DNA of 64,000 nucleotides, taken from contig JBGAGZ010000024.1 of NCBI GenBank assembly GCA_044226465.1, positions 3,052-67,051 on the forward strand, read 5' to 3'. Positions within the stretch are counted from its first letter, which is position 1. The number at the start of each line of letters is the position of its first letter. This document shows, one piece after another, positions 21,764 to 34,411 of this stretch. The DNA comes from Burkholderiaceae bacterium. GTDB taxonomy: Bacteria; Pseudomonadota; Gammaproteobacteria; Burkholderiales; Burkholderiaceae_C. The translations under genes were made by a program, and so were the position numbers. The notes below the pieces were generated by a model. The model saw only the letters and a list, made by a program, of their open reading frames with translations. It searched no databases and was not told the origin of the DNA.

Positions 21764-23421
21764 GCGCCGCCGCCCTCTCGCTCGCGCTCCAGGTCGCGCA
21801 GCTTGAAGCGCTGGATCTTGCCGGTGGCCGTCTTCGGCAGCTCGGCCACGAATTCGATGATGCGCGGGTACTTGTAGGGTGCGAGCCGGTCCTTGACGAA
21901 GGCTTTCAGCTCGGCGTCCGTCGCGGCTTGGCCGGGCTTGACCACGACGAAGGCCTTGGTGCGGGTCAGGCCCTCGTCGCCCGGCACGCCGATCACCGCC
22001 GCCTCCAGCACCGCCGGGTGCTGGACCAGGGTGGACTCGACCTCGAAGGGCGAGACATAGATGCCGCTGACCTTGAGCATGTCGTCGCTGCGGCCGGCGT
22101 AGGTGTAGGTGCCGTCGGGGTTCTTGATGTACTTGTCGCCGCTCTTGGTCCAGCCGCCCTGGAAGGTCTCGCGTGACTTCTCGCGGTTGCCCCAGTACAT
22201 CAAGGCTGAGCTGGGGCCGCGCACGAAGAGGTCGCCGGTCTCGCCGTCCGACACGGGGCGGCCATCGTCGCCGCGCAGTTCGATGTCGTAGCCCGGCACC
22301 GGCCAGCCGGTGGTGCCGTAGCGGACCTGGCCGGGCCGGTTGCTCAGGTAGATGTGCAGCATCTCGGTCGAGCCGATGCCGTCGACGATCTCGCAGCCGT
22401 AGTGGGCCGTGAAGCGCTCGCCCAGGTCGGCCGGCATGCCGTCGACGATCTCGCAGCCGTAGTGGGCCGTGAAGCGCTCGCCCAGGTCGGCCGGCAGGGC
22501 CTCGCCGGCCGACGAGCACAGGCGCAGCGCCACGGCCTCGCGCGGCGGCAGGTTGGGCGAGGCCAGCATGCCGGCGTAGCCCGTGGGGGCCCCGTAGAAC
22601 ACGGTCGGCTTCACGCCGCCGACTTCACCACGCCAGCGCTTGAAGGTGGCATCGGGCGTCGGCCGTTCGGCCATCAACACCGTGGTCGCGCCCACGCTCA
22701 TCGGGAAGGTCAGCGCATTGCCCAGGCCGTAGGCGAAGAAGAGCTTGGCGGCCGAGAAGCAGACGTCGCTCTCGCGCAGGCCCAGCACCGGCGTGCCGTA
22801 GAGCTCGGCCGTCCAGTAAGGGTTGGCCTGGGTGTGCAGTGTGCCCTTGGGCCGGCCGGTGGAGCCGGACGAATACAGCCAGAAGCCGGGGTCGTCGGGC
22901 CCGGTGCCAGCCGGCGCGGGCGGCGGGGCGTGGCGCTCGAGCAAGGTGTCCAGCGCCTGGGCACCGGCCGGCAGTTCGCCCGAGGGGCGCGAGACGATGA
23001 GGTGCATCACCTCGTGGCCACCATTGGCTGCGGCCTGATCCAGGGCAGCCCGCACGGTGGGCAGCAGCGGTGCCGACACCAGCACCGCCTGCGAGCGGCT
23101 GTGCTGCAGCATGTAGGCGTAGTCGTCGGCGGTGAGCAAGGTGTTCACGGCCACCGGCACGATGCCGGCGTAGATGGCCCCGAGGAAGCACACCGGCCAA
23201 TCGCTGCCGTCGTGCATCAGCAGCAGCACGCGCTCTTCGCGCCGCACGCCGGCGGCCAACAGGGCGGCGGCCAGCCGGCGCGCACGCTCGGCCAGCGCGC
23301 CGTAGCTCAGCGTGCCGGCGTCGTCGACGAAGGCCGCGTTGTTCGCACGGCCGGCGTTGCGCTCGAACAGGTGCTGGGCGAAGTTGAAGCGGGGGCCGGG
23401 GGCGGCGACGGAAGAGCTCAT
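21760..23421 (-). CDS. bclA: benzoate-CoA ligase (AMP-binding family) carrying an in-frame 20-aa tandem duplication
   Basis: Start MSSSVAAPGPRFNFAQHLFERNA. AMP-binding motifs YSSGSTGRPKG, GSTEMLH, YAGRSDDMLKVSG and PKTATGKIQR. Located in the box cluster. The sequence PADLGERFTAHYGCEIVDG occurs twice in succession. Confidence 0.85.
   Translation of the reverse strand: MSSSVAAPGPRFNFAQHLFERNAGRANNAAFVDDAGTLSYGALAERARRLAAALLAAGVRREERVLLLMHDGSDWPVCFLGAIYAGIVPVAVNTLLTADDYAYMLQHSRSQAVLVSAPLLPTVRAALDQAAANGGHEVMHLIVSRPSGELPAGAQALDTLLERHAPPPAPAGTGPDDPGFWLYSSGSTGRPKGTLHTQANPYWTAELYGTPVLGLRESDVCFSAAKLFFAYGLGNALTFPMSVGATTVLMAERPTPDATFKRWRGEVGGVKPTVFYGAPTGYAGMLASPNLPPREAVALRLCSSAGEALPADLGERFTAHYGCEIVDGMPADLGERFTAHYGCEIVDGIGSTEMLHIYLSNRPGQVRYGTTGWPVPGYDIELRGDDGRPVSDGETGDLFVRGPSSALMYWGNREKSRETFQGGWTKSGDKYIKNPDGTYTYAGRSDDMLKVSGIYVSPFEVESTLVQHPAVLEAAVIGVPGDEGLTRTKAFVVVKPGQAATDAELKAFVKDRLAPYKYPRIIEFVAELPKTATGKIQRFKLRDLEREREGGGA
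22377..22496. repeat. perfect 60-bp tandem duplication (2 copies) inside bclA
   Basis: 22377-22436 and 22437-22496 are identical base for base (TGCCGTCGACGATCTCGCAGCCGTAGTGGGCCGTGAAGCGCTCGCCCAGGTCGGCCGGCA). Confidence 0.95.
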
Positions 23422-23444
23422 GGGTGGGGCCTCGCTTGGGTGGA

Positions 23445-23909
23445 TCAGCGCGTGAAATCGATGCGGCCTTGCGGCAGCAGGTACAGCACCAGGGCCCGGC
23501 CCCGGCTCACCGTGGGCCGGTGGGCGCTGCCGGGTGGGTAGACGCACCAGCCCGGCGGGCGTCCGTCGAAGAGGGCGTCGCCTTCGATCGGCAGGATCAG
23601 GTCGATCTCGCCATTCGGGTGGGCATGGTGGGGGCCAGCGATGTCGTTCATATCCACCACGTCGACCGAGAAACCGTGCAGGTCGTCGGCCGGCTTGAAG
23701 ATGCGGCCGTAGCGGATGCCGCCGCCCTCGCGGTCGCACAGCCAGCCGGCGGCCACGCCCGCCTCGCATGCGGCCTTCAGCGCGCGGTAGGGCTCGGTGT
23801 GGGCGCCCCACTCGGCGTTGAGCCAGGCATCCAGCTCGGCACCGAGCGGGCGGCCGGCGATGCGGGCTGTGGTCTGGGCCAACAGCGTTCGAAACTCGGC
23901 GGGCGACAT
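23445..23909 (-). CDS. conserved hypothetical protein, DUF4863-like (4-hydroxylaminobenzoate-lyase-like family, from memory)
   Basis: Start at MSPAEFRTLL with SD AAGGAGA. 154 aa. Located between boxR and bclA. The family name is recalled, not searched. Confidence 0.45.
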   Translation of the reverse strand: MSPAEFRTLLAQTTARIAGRPLGAELDAWLNAEWGAHTEPYRALKAACEAGVAAGWLCDREGGGIRYGRIFKPADDLHGFSVDVVDMNDIAGPHHAHPNGEIDLILPIEGDALFDGRPPGWCVYPPGSAHRPTVSRGRALVLYLLPQGRIDFTR

Positions 23910-23995
23910 CTGGCGTCTCCTTGCGTCATCCGGCTTGCGGAGCCTGAGAGGATGAACTATTGTGCGTGCCGAAACTCTAGGCTGCACCACCAAGC

Positions 23996-24976
23996 ATGTC
24001 AAGCACTATATTGCATCCCCGCAGGTCCGAGGACGATGGCGACGGGCGGGACGCCGACCCCGGCAGCAGCGTAGCGGCGGGGCCTGGCGGCGGCGATGAG
24101 AAGAACCCCTTCCTCGTCGCGCTGGGCGACCGGGTGCGCAGCCTGCGGGCCCGGCGCGGCATGACGCGCAAGGCGGTGGCGCAGGCGGCCGAGGTCTCAG
24201 AGCGCCACCTGGCCAACCTGGAATACGGCATCGGCAACGCGTCCATCCTGGTGCTGCTGCAGGTGGCCGGGGCGCTGCAGTGCTCGCTGGCCGAGCTGAT
24301 CGGCGACGTCACCACCTCGTCGCCCGAGTGGCTGATGATCCGCGAGCTGCTGGAGCACCGCGACGAGGCCAGCCTGCACCGGGTGCGGGTGGCGATCGGC
24401 GAGCTGCTGGGCACCGGCGGCGCGCACGGCCAGGGCGGCGGCCAGCGCAGCTCGCGCGTGGCCCTGGTGGGCCTGCGCGGCGCCGGCAAATCCACCCTGG
24501 GCCAGATGCTGGCCGACGACCTGGGCTTCCCCTTCGTCGAGCTGAGCCGCGAGATCGAGAAGTTCGCCGGCTGCAGCATCTCGGAAATCCAGGCGCTTTA
24601 CGGCATGAACGCCTACCGCCGCTACGAGCGGCGCGCGCTGGAAGAGGCCGTCCAGATCTACCCCGAGGCGGTCATCGCCACGCCGGGCGGCCTGGTCTCG
24701 GACGCCGCCACCTTCAACCAACTGCTGGCCCACTGCACCACCGTATGGCTGCAGGCGGACGCCGAGGACCACATGAAGCGGGTCAGCGCCCAGGGCGACC
24801 TGCGCCCCATGGCCGCCAGCAAGGAGGCGATGGAAGACCTCAAGCGCATCCTGGCCGGTCGCGCTGCGTTCTACTCCAAGGCCGAGCTCAAGCTCGACAC
24901 CAGCGCCCAGCCGCTGCAGGCCACGTTCGTGGCCCTGCGCGGGCTGGTGCGGCAGGCCCTGAAGCTGCCCGTTTGA
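23996..24976 (+). CDS. boxR: BoxR/BzdR-type regulator (XRE HTH plus shikimate-kinase-like domain)
   Basis: 326 aa. HTH LRARRGMTRKAVAQAAEVSERHLANLEYGIGNASI. P-loop VGLRGAGKSTLG and a shikimate-kinase-like C-terminal half. Immediately upstream of boxCBA. Confidence 0.8.
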   Translation: MSSTILHPRRSEDDGDGRDADPGSSVAAGPGGGDEKNPFLVALGDRVRSLRARRGMTRKAVAQAAEVSERHLANLEYGIGNASILVLLQVAGALQCSLAELIGDVTTSSPEWLMIRELLEHRDEASLHRVRVAIGELLGTGGAHGQGGGQRSSRVALVGLRGAGKSTLGQMLADDLGFPFVELSREIEKFAGCSISEIQALYGMNAYRRYERRALEEAVQIYPEAVIATPGGLVSDAATFNQLLAHCTTVWLQADAEDHMKRVSAQGDLRPMAASKEAMEDLKRILAGRAAFYSKAELKLDTSAQPLQATFVALRGLVRQALKLPV

Positions 24977-25006
24977 GGCAACAGGCAAAATAATGCATTA
25001 AAGTGC

Positions 25007-25036
25007 TTGCGTGCATTCCGATGAATGCACTATGAT
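25007..25036 (+). promoter_or_regulatory. candidate boxC promoter (TTGCGT-N18-TATGAT) with overlapping perfect palindrome TGCATTC-CGAT-GAATGCA (putative BoxR operator)
   Basis: Proposed -35 at 25007-25012, -10 at 25031-25036, palindrome at 25012-25029. An additional TGCA lies at 24994-24997. BzdR/BoxR operators are reported to contain TGCA repeats within palindromes. Confidence 0.4.
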
Positions 25037-25090
25037 GCTTCTCATCGCGTGGCCTTCCTTCCCGCCGCCGCGCCGTCAAGGAGACCGACC

Positions 25091-26749
<1,659 letters not shown>

Positions 26750-26770
26750 CCGCACGAGGAGACACCCATC

Positions 26771-28198
<1,428 letters not shown>

Positions 28199-28211
28199 AG
28201 GCGAGGCCGCC

Positions 28212-29486
28212 ATGGACATGGCCGTCACCATCATCAAGCAGCATCTCATCGACCCAGAGATCTGCATCCGCTGCAACACCTGCGAGACCATGTGCCCGGT
28301 GGGCGCGATCACGCACGATGCACGCAACTACGTGGTGGACGCGGCCAAGTGCACCTGGTGCAACGACTGCATCTCGCCCTGCCCGACCGGCTCGATCGAC
28401 AACTACCGCCAGGTGCCGGCGGCCAGGGCCTACAGCCTGGAAGAGCAGCTCGGCTGGGACGAGCTGCCCGCCGAGCTCAGCCGCGAGCAGTTGACCGCCT
28501 GGGGTGGCGAGCCCACCGAGGCGCAAGCCGCCACGACGGCGCCGGTGGCGACGGCCGAGCCCGGCACCGAGCCGGCCTTCAACGGCGCCCAGGTCGGTGC
28601 CACCGTGCCGCCCTGGTCCGCCGCGCACGCCTACACCAACCTCTATGGCCCGAAGGCCGCCGAGAAGACGGTCACCGCCACGGTCACCGGCAATGTGCGC
28701 GTGACCGCGGTGGGCAAGGAGTACGACACCCACCACATCGTGCTGGATTTCGGCAGCATGCCCTTCCCGGTGCTGGAAGGCCAGTCGATCGGCATCGTGC
28801 CGCCCGGCACCGACGCCCAGGGCCGGCCGCACCATGCGCGGCAGTACTCGATCGCCAGCCCCCGCAACGGCGAGCGCCCCGGCTACAACAACGTCTCGCT
28901 CACCATCAAGCGCGTGCTGGAAGACCACCAGGGCCGCCCGGTGCGCGGCGTGGCCTCGAATTTCATGTGCGACCTGCAGGTGGGCGACACGGTACAGGTC
29001 ATCGGGCCCTTCGGCACCAGCTTCCTGATGCCCAACCACCCGAAGAGCCACATCGTGATGATCTGCACCGGCACCGGCTCGGCGCCGATGCGGGCGATGA
29101 CCGAGTGGCGTCGACGTCTGCGGCAGTCGGGCAAGTTCGAGGGTGGCAAGCTATTGCTGTTCTTCGGCGCGCGGACGCAGGAAGAGCTGCCCTACTTCGG
29201 CCCGTTGCAGAACCTGCCCAAGGACTTCATCGACATCAACTTCGCCTTCAGCCGCACGCCGGGCCACCCCAAGCGCTATGTGCAGGACCTGATGCGCGAA
29301 CGCGCCGCCGACCTGGGCGCCCTGCTGGCCGACCCCAACGCCTTCTTCTACGTCTGCGGCCTCAAGGCCATGGAAGAGGGGGTGGTGCTGGCATTGCGCG
29401 AGGCGGCCACCCAGGCGGGCCTGAACTGGGAGCAGACCGCCGCCGCCCTGAAGCAGCAGGGGCGGCTGCACCTGGAAACCTACTGA
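28212..29486 (+). CDS. boxA: benzoyl-CoA oxygenase reductase subunit (2x[4Fe-4S] ferredoxin plus FNR-like domain)
   Basis: 424 aa. Cys clusters [12 protein letters not shown] and [15 protein letters not shown]-like RQYSIAS and [13 protein letters not shown]. Confidence 0.9.
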   Translation: MDMAVTIIKQHLIDPEICIRCNTCETMCPVGAITHDARNYVVDAAKCTWCNDCISPCPTGSIDNYRQVPAARAYSLEEQLGWDELPAELSREQLTAWGGEPTEAQAATTAPVATAEPGTEPAFNGAQVGATVPPWSAAHAYTNLYGPKAAEKTVTATVTGNVRVTAVGKEYDTHHIVLDFGSMPFPVLEGQSIGIVPPGTDAQGRPHHARQYSIASPRNGERPGYNNVSLTIKRVLEDHQGRPVRGVASNFMCDLQVGDTVQVIGPFGTSFLMPNHPKSHIVMICTGTGSAPMRAMTEWRRRLRQSGKFEGGKLLLFFGARTQEELPYFGPLQNLPKDFIDINFAFSRTPGHPKRYVQDLMRERAADLGALLADPNAFFYVCGLKAMEEGVVLALREAATQAGLNWEQTAAALKQQGRLHLETY

Positions 29487-29501
29487 CCAGGGCGACCCAG
29501 C

Positions 29502-30608
<1,107 letters not shown>

Positions 30609-30803
30609 GCGCTGGCCTTTCTTGCTTGTTCGCTTTTCGACAAGCGGCAGAGTGTAGGGGCGCCCCATCGACGGCCACGCGCCAGCGTGGTGCACGCCCC
30701 CCTAGCTTCGCGAGGCCGGGCCCCCCAAGCGAGGGGGAGACGCCGCCCCCACCGGGCTCACAGAATCGTGTGACAACAAAACCGGCCCGGTTCCGACCCC
30801 GAC

Positions 30804-31193
30804 ATGCGCACCCTGTTCATCGACAAGCCCCGCACCCAGACCCGCACCTGGGTGTGGCTGGTGGCGGGGCTGGCCCTGGTCGAGGCGCTGGCCCTGGCCG
30901 CCTATGTGATGCGCCCCAGCGCGGAGTCGGCGGTGATCAGCCTGGGCAGCCCGCACGAGCAGTGCCTGAAGCGCGGCGTGGCCCGCTTCGAGGCCTACGG
31001 CCAGTGGCCCACCACCAGCGACGACCGCGACGCCCGCACGCTGGTCAACTCGCGCTGCACGCTGGACGCCGAACTCGCGCTGCACGCTGGACGCCGAGTC
31101 CTTCCGCTGAAGAGACGGGGCCTGGCTGCGGGGCACCGCAGCCACCCGCCAAGCGGGTCTCAGCCGGCTTGGGGCGGCCGGGCGCTCGGCTGA
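30804..31193 (+). CDS. small hypothetical membrane-anchored protein, 3' end frameshifted by a 25-bp duplication
   Basis: 129-aa ORF with one TM segment (WVWLVAGLALVEALALAAYV). Removing one repeat copy restores the ending ...NSRCTLDAESFR* (93 aa). Coding status itself is uncertain. Confidence 0.35.
   Translation: MRTLFIDKPRTQTRTWVWLVAGLALVEALALAAYVMRPSAESAVISLGSPHEQCLKRGVARFEAYGQWPTTSDDRDARTLVNSRCTLDAELALHAGRRVLPLKRRGLAAGHRSHPPSGSQPAWGGRALG
31047..31096. repeat. perfect 25-bp tandem duplication (2 copies)
   Basis: AACTCGCGCTGCACGCTGGACGCCG occurs at 31047-31071 and again at 31072-31096. Confidence 0.95.
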
Positions 31194-31205
31194 GTCACGA
31201 CTCGC

Positions 31206-32522
31206 TCACAACTCGCGCAGGGCCGTCGTCACCGGCAGGCTGGCCGCCCGGGCGGCCGGGAACAGGCCACCGATGAAGCCGATGGCCAGTGCCCACTTGA
31301 TGCCTTCCCACAGCAGCCCCGGCGACACGCTCAGGTTGAAGTTGAGCTTGCCCACCGAGCCGGCCGCCATGGTCGAGGCCTCGAAGCCGTTGAACAGCAG
31401 CCAGGCGGCCACGCCGCCGATGAGGCCGCCGACCAGGGCCAGCAGCATCGTCTCCAGCATCACCGCCACCACCACGGGCAGGCCGCGGAAGCCGATGGCC
31501 CGCAGCGTGGCGATTTCGCGGGCGCGCGAGGCGACCGCCGCGAACATGGTGTTGAGCGCGCCGAACACCGCACCCACGGCCATGATGGCGCCGACCGTGA
31601 TGCCGATGATGCGCAGGATCTGGGTCATCTTCTCGCTCTGCTTGGCGAAGAACTCCAGCGTCGTGCTGGCCTTCACCTTCAGCTGCGGATTGGCTTCCAG
31701 CGCATCGCCGAAGGCCTTGATGGCGGCCGCGCTCTCCAACTTGACGGTGGCCGAATTGCGGCCGCTGCCGCGGCGGTAGGCGTCGTTGACGACGTTCGCG
31801 TCGGCCCACAGCTCGGACTCCATCGCGTCGCCCGACGCGAAGATGCCCACCACCGTCCAGGGCTGGTTGCCGAGCTTCAGGCTGGCACCCACCTTGAGCC
31901 CTTCAAATTGGCGCACCGCACCCTTGCCGACGATCAGCTCGCGCAGGCCAGGCTGGAAGACCTTGCCCTCGACGATCTTGACATTCGGCCGCACGGCGAA
32001 GGCGGCCTCGCTGACACCGCGCACCTGGGCGCTGCCCTCGTCGCCCGTCTTGCTGCCCTTGACCGGCAGGTTGGCGGCCACCACCGTCTCGGCCGACACG
32101 ATGGGCTCGCCCTTGCCATTGCGCGCCACGCCCGGCGCCTGCTCGATCTGCACCAGGTCCTCGCGGCTCAGTGACGAGGACACCTCATTGGCCGAGGCGC
32201 CGCGCAGCACGATGGCGGTGTCCAGGCTGCCCGAGTTGCGCAGCGTCTGCGCATAGCCCTCGGCCATGGCGAGCAGGGCCACCAGCACGCCCACCACGCC
32301 CGCGATGCCCACCACGATGACCGCCGACGAGCCGAGGCGCTGGCCCAGCGTGCTGATGCCCACCGCGGCGACCGAGCGTGCCTGCGCGCCGCTGCGGAAG
32401 ACGAACATCCACACCAGCACCAGCACCGCCAGCGCCACCGCGCCTTGCCAAGGCATGGCCACCCAGGCCACGATCGCGACCAGGGTCAGCAGCACGAGGC
32501 CGAGATTCTTGAGAAATCGCAT
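31206..32522 (-). CDS. ABC transporter permease, FtsX/MacB-type
   Basis: 438 aa. N-terminal TM segment, a large periplasmic domain, and a C-terminal FtsX-type 3-TM bundle (REIATLRAIGF). Confidence 0.85.
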   Translation of the reverse strand: MRFLKNLGLVLLTLVAIVAWVAMPWQGAVALAVLVLVWMFVFRSGAQARSVAAVGISTLGQRLGSSAVIVVGIAGVVGVLVALLAMAEGYAQTLRNSGSLDTAIVLRGASANEVSSSLSREDLVQIEQAPGVARNGKGEPIVSAETVVAANLPVKGSKTGDEGSAQVRGVSEAAFAVRPNVKIVEGKVFQPGLRELIVGKGAVRQFEGLKVGASLKLGNQPWTVVGIFASGDAMESELWADANVVNDAYRRGSGRNSATVKLESAAAIKAFGDALEANPQLKVKASTTLEFFAKQSEKMTQILRIIGITVGAIMAVGAVFGALNTMFAAVASRAREIATLRAIGFRGLPVVVAVMLETMLLALVGGLIGGVAAWLLFNGFEASTMAAGSVGKLNFNLSVSPGLLWEGIKWALAIGFIGGLFPAARAASLPVTTALREL

Positions 32523-32524
32523 GG

Positions 32525-33694
32525 TCAGGCCCTCCCCGCCAGCGCGTCGGTGATGTTGACGCGCATGGCGCGCAAGGCCGGGAGCGCGCCGACGGCCAGG
32601 CCGAACAGCAGGGCCAGGCCGATGCCGATCAGCCAGCTCAGCAACCCGGCGGCGGGCAGGTTGAGTGCACCGCCGCTGCCCGCGCTGACGATGGGCCCGA
32701 TGACGCTGGCCAGGCCCAGGCCGATGGCGCCGCCGATCAGCAGCAGCAGCATCGACTCGGCCAGCACCATGGCCAGCACGCTCTCGCCGGTGAAGCCCAG
32801 GGTCTTGAGCACCGCGATCTCGCCAGTGCGCTCACGCACCGCCTGCATCATGGTGTTGCCAGCCAGGAGCAGCAGCGTAAAGAAGACCGCCCCCATGATG
32901 GAGGTGACGATGAGGTTGATGTCGGCCACCTGTTTCATCCAGCTGGACATGGCGGCCTGCTCGGTCAAGGTGCGGGTCTCGTGGTCGGAATTGGCCGAGA
33001 TCTCGTCGATGGCCTTGAGCACGCGGTCGGCCTGGTTCACGTCCTTCACGCGCGTGACGTACCAGCCCACCTGGCCCTGGTTCCAGGGCGTGGTGTCGTC
33101 GAAGTACTTCCAGTTCAGAAGGAACATCTGGTCCCACCAGCCGGCCGTCTTCTTGTCGGCCACGTGGATCACGCCCACGATCTGGAAGGGCCAGTTCTGG
33201 CTGCCGTTCTTGTCCGGGAAGATGGTGGACTGCATGGGCACCTGGTCGCCGACCTTCCAGCCGAACTTCCTCGCCAGGCCCTCGCCGACGAGGGCACCGT
33301 TCTTGGTTTCCGCAAAGGCCTTGCGGTGCTCGGCCGAGACTTCCATCTCGGGGTAGATGTCCAGGTAGTTGGGCGCGACGGCGAAGCTGAAGACCTGGTT
33401 CTCGGGCTTTTGGTAGGCGCCGCCGAACCAGTTGGCGTAGGTCGTGTCCTTGACGCCGTCGAGCTGGGCGATGCGCGTGCCCAGCGCCATGGGCAGCAGC
33501 TGGATGAAGCTGAGCTTGGAGCCCGTCTGCAGCCGCGTGGCGCCGTTGGCGCTCTGCCCCGCCTGGTCGAAGCCCACGCGCACGGCGTCCAGCAGGCCGA
33601 AGAGCAGGAAGGCGGTGATGATGGAGACCAGGGTCAGGAAGGTCCGCAGCTTGCGCCGGAACAGCGCCGCCCAGACCAGGTGCAGGTATTTCAT
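32525..33694 (-). CDS. ABC transporter permease, FtsX/MacB-type (second, distinct paralog)
   Basis: 389 aa with the same architecture (GEIAVLKTLGF). The next permease starts 2 nt after its stop. Confidence 0.85.
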   Translation of the reverse strand: MKYLHLVWAALFRRKLRTFLTLVSIITAFLLFGLLDAVRVGFDQAGQSANGATRLQTGSKLSFIQLLPMALGTRIAQLDGVKDTTYANWFGGAYQKPENQVFSFAVAPNYLDIYPEMEVSAEHRKAFAETKNGALVGEGLARKFGWKVGDQVPMQSTIFPDKNGSQNWPFQIVGVIHVADKKTAGWWDQMFLLNWKYFDDTTPWNQGQVGWYVTRVKDVNQADRVLKAIDEISANSDHETRTLTEQAAMSSWMKQVADINLIVTSIMGAVFFTLLLLAGNTMMQAVRERTGEIAVLKTLGFTGESVLAMVLAESMLLLLIGGAIGLGLASVIGPIVSAGSGGALNLPAAGLLSWLIGIGLALLFGLAVGALPALRAMRVNITDALAGRA

Positions 33695-33712
33695 CGCGTC
33701 ACCTCGTGTGGG

Positions 33713-34408
33713 TCAGGCCGCGGCCACGTCGGCCTCGGTGACCAGGGTGCCCTTGTCCAGGTGCAGGGTGTGACGGGCGCGGCTGGCGGCCTTGGGGTCG
33801 TGGGTGACCATGACGATGGTCTTGCCATGCTCGCGGTTGAGCACCTGCAGCAGCGTCAGCACGTCTTCGGCCGACTGGCGGTCCAGGTCGCCCGTGGGCT
33901 CGTCGCAGACCAGCAGCGTGGGGTCGGACACGATGGCCCGCGCGATCGACACGCGCTGCTGCTGGCCGCCGGACAGCTCGGTCGGCTTGTGCGCGGCGCG
34001 GTCGGCCAGGCCCACCAGCTGCAGCGCGATGGCGGCGCGCTTCTTGCGCTCGGCCGCCGAGAGCTTGGTCAGCAGCAGCGGCAGCTCCACATTGCGCTGC
34101 GCCGACAGCATGGGCATCAGGTTGTAGAACTGGAACACGAAGCCCACCTTGGCGGCGCGCCACTTGGCGAGTTGGGCGCCGCTGAGTTGGTCGATGCGCT
34201 CGCCGGCCACGGTGATCGCGCCGCCGCTGGGCACGTCGAGCCCGCCCATCAGGTTCAGCAAGGTGGTCTTGCCCGAGCCGGACGGGCCCATCAGCGCGAG
34301 GAAGTCGCCTTGGCTCACATCCAGGTCGATGTGGTGCAGCACCTCGACCTTTTCCTTGCCGCGCGTGTAGACCTTGGACAGGTCGCGGATCTCGATCAAA
34401 GCGCTCAT
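33713..34408 (-). CDS. ABC transporter ATP-binding protein (LolD/MacB-NBD-like)
   Basis: 231 aa. Walker [10 protein letters not shown], signature [14 protein letters not shown], Walker [13 protein letters not shown]. Confidence 0.9.
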   Translation of the reverse strand: MSALIEIRDLSKVYTRGKEKVEVLHHIDLDVSQGDFLALMGPSGSGKTTLLNLMGGLDVPSGGAITVAGERIDQLSGAQLAKWRAAKVGFVFQFYNLMPMLSAQRNVELPLLLTKLSAAERKKRAAIALQLVGLADRAAHKPTELSGGQQQRVSIARAIVSDPTLLVCDEPTGDLDRQSAEDVLTLLQVLNREHGKTIVMVTHDPKAASRARHTLHLDKGTLVTEADVAAA

Positions 34409-34411
34409 GTT

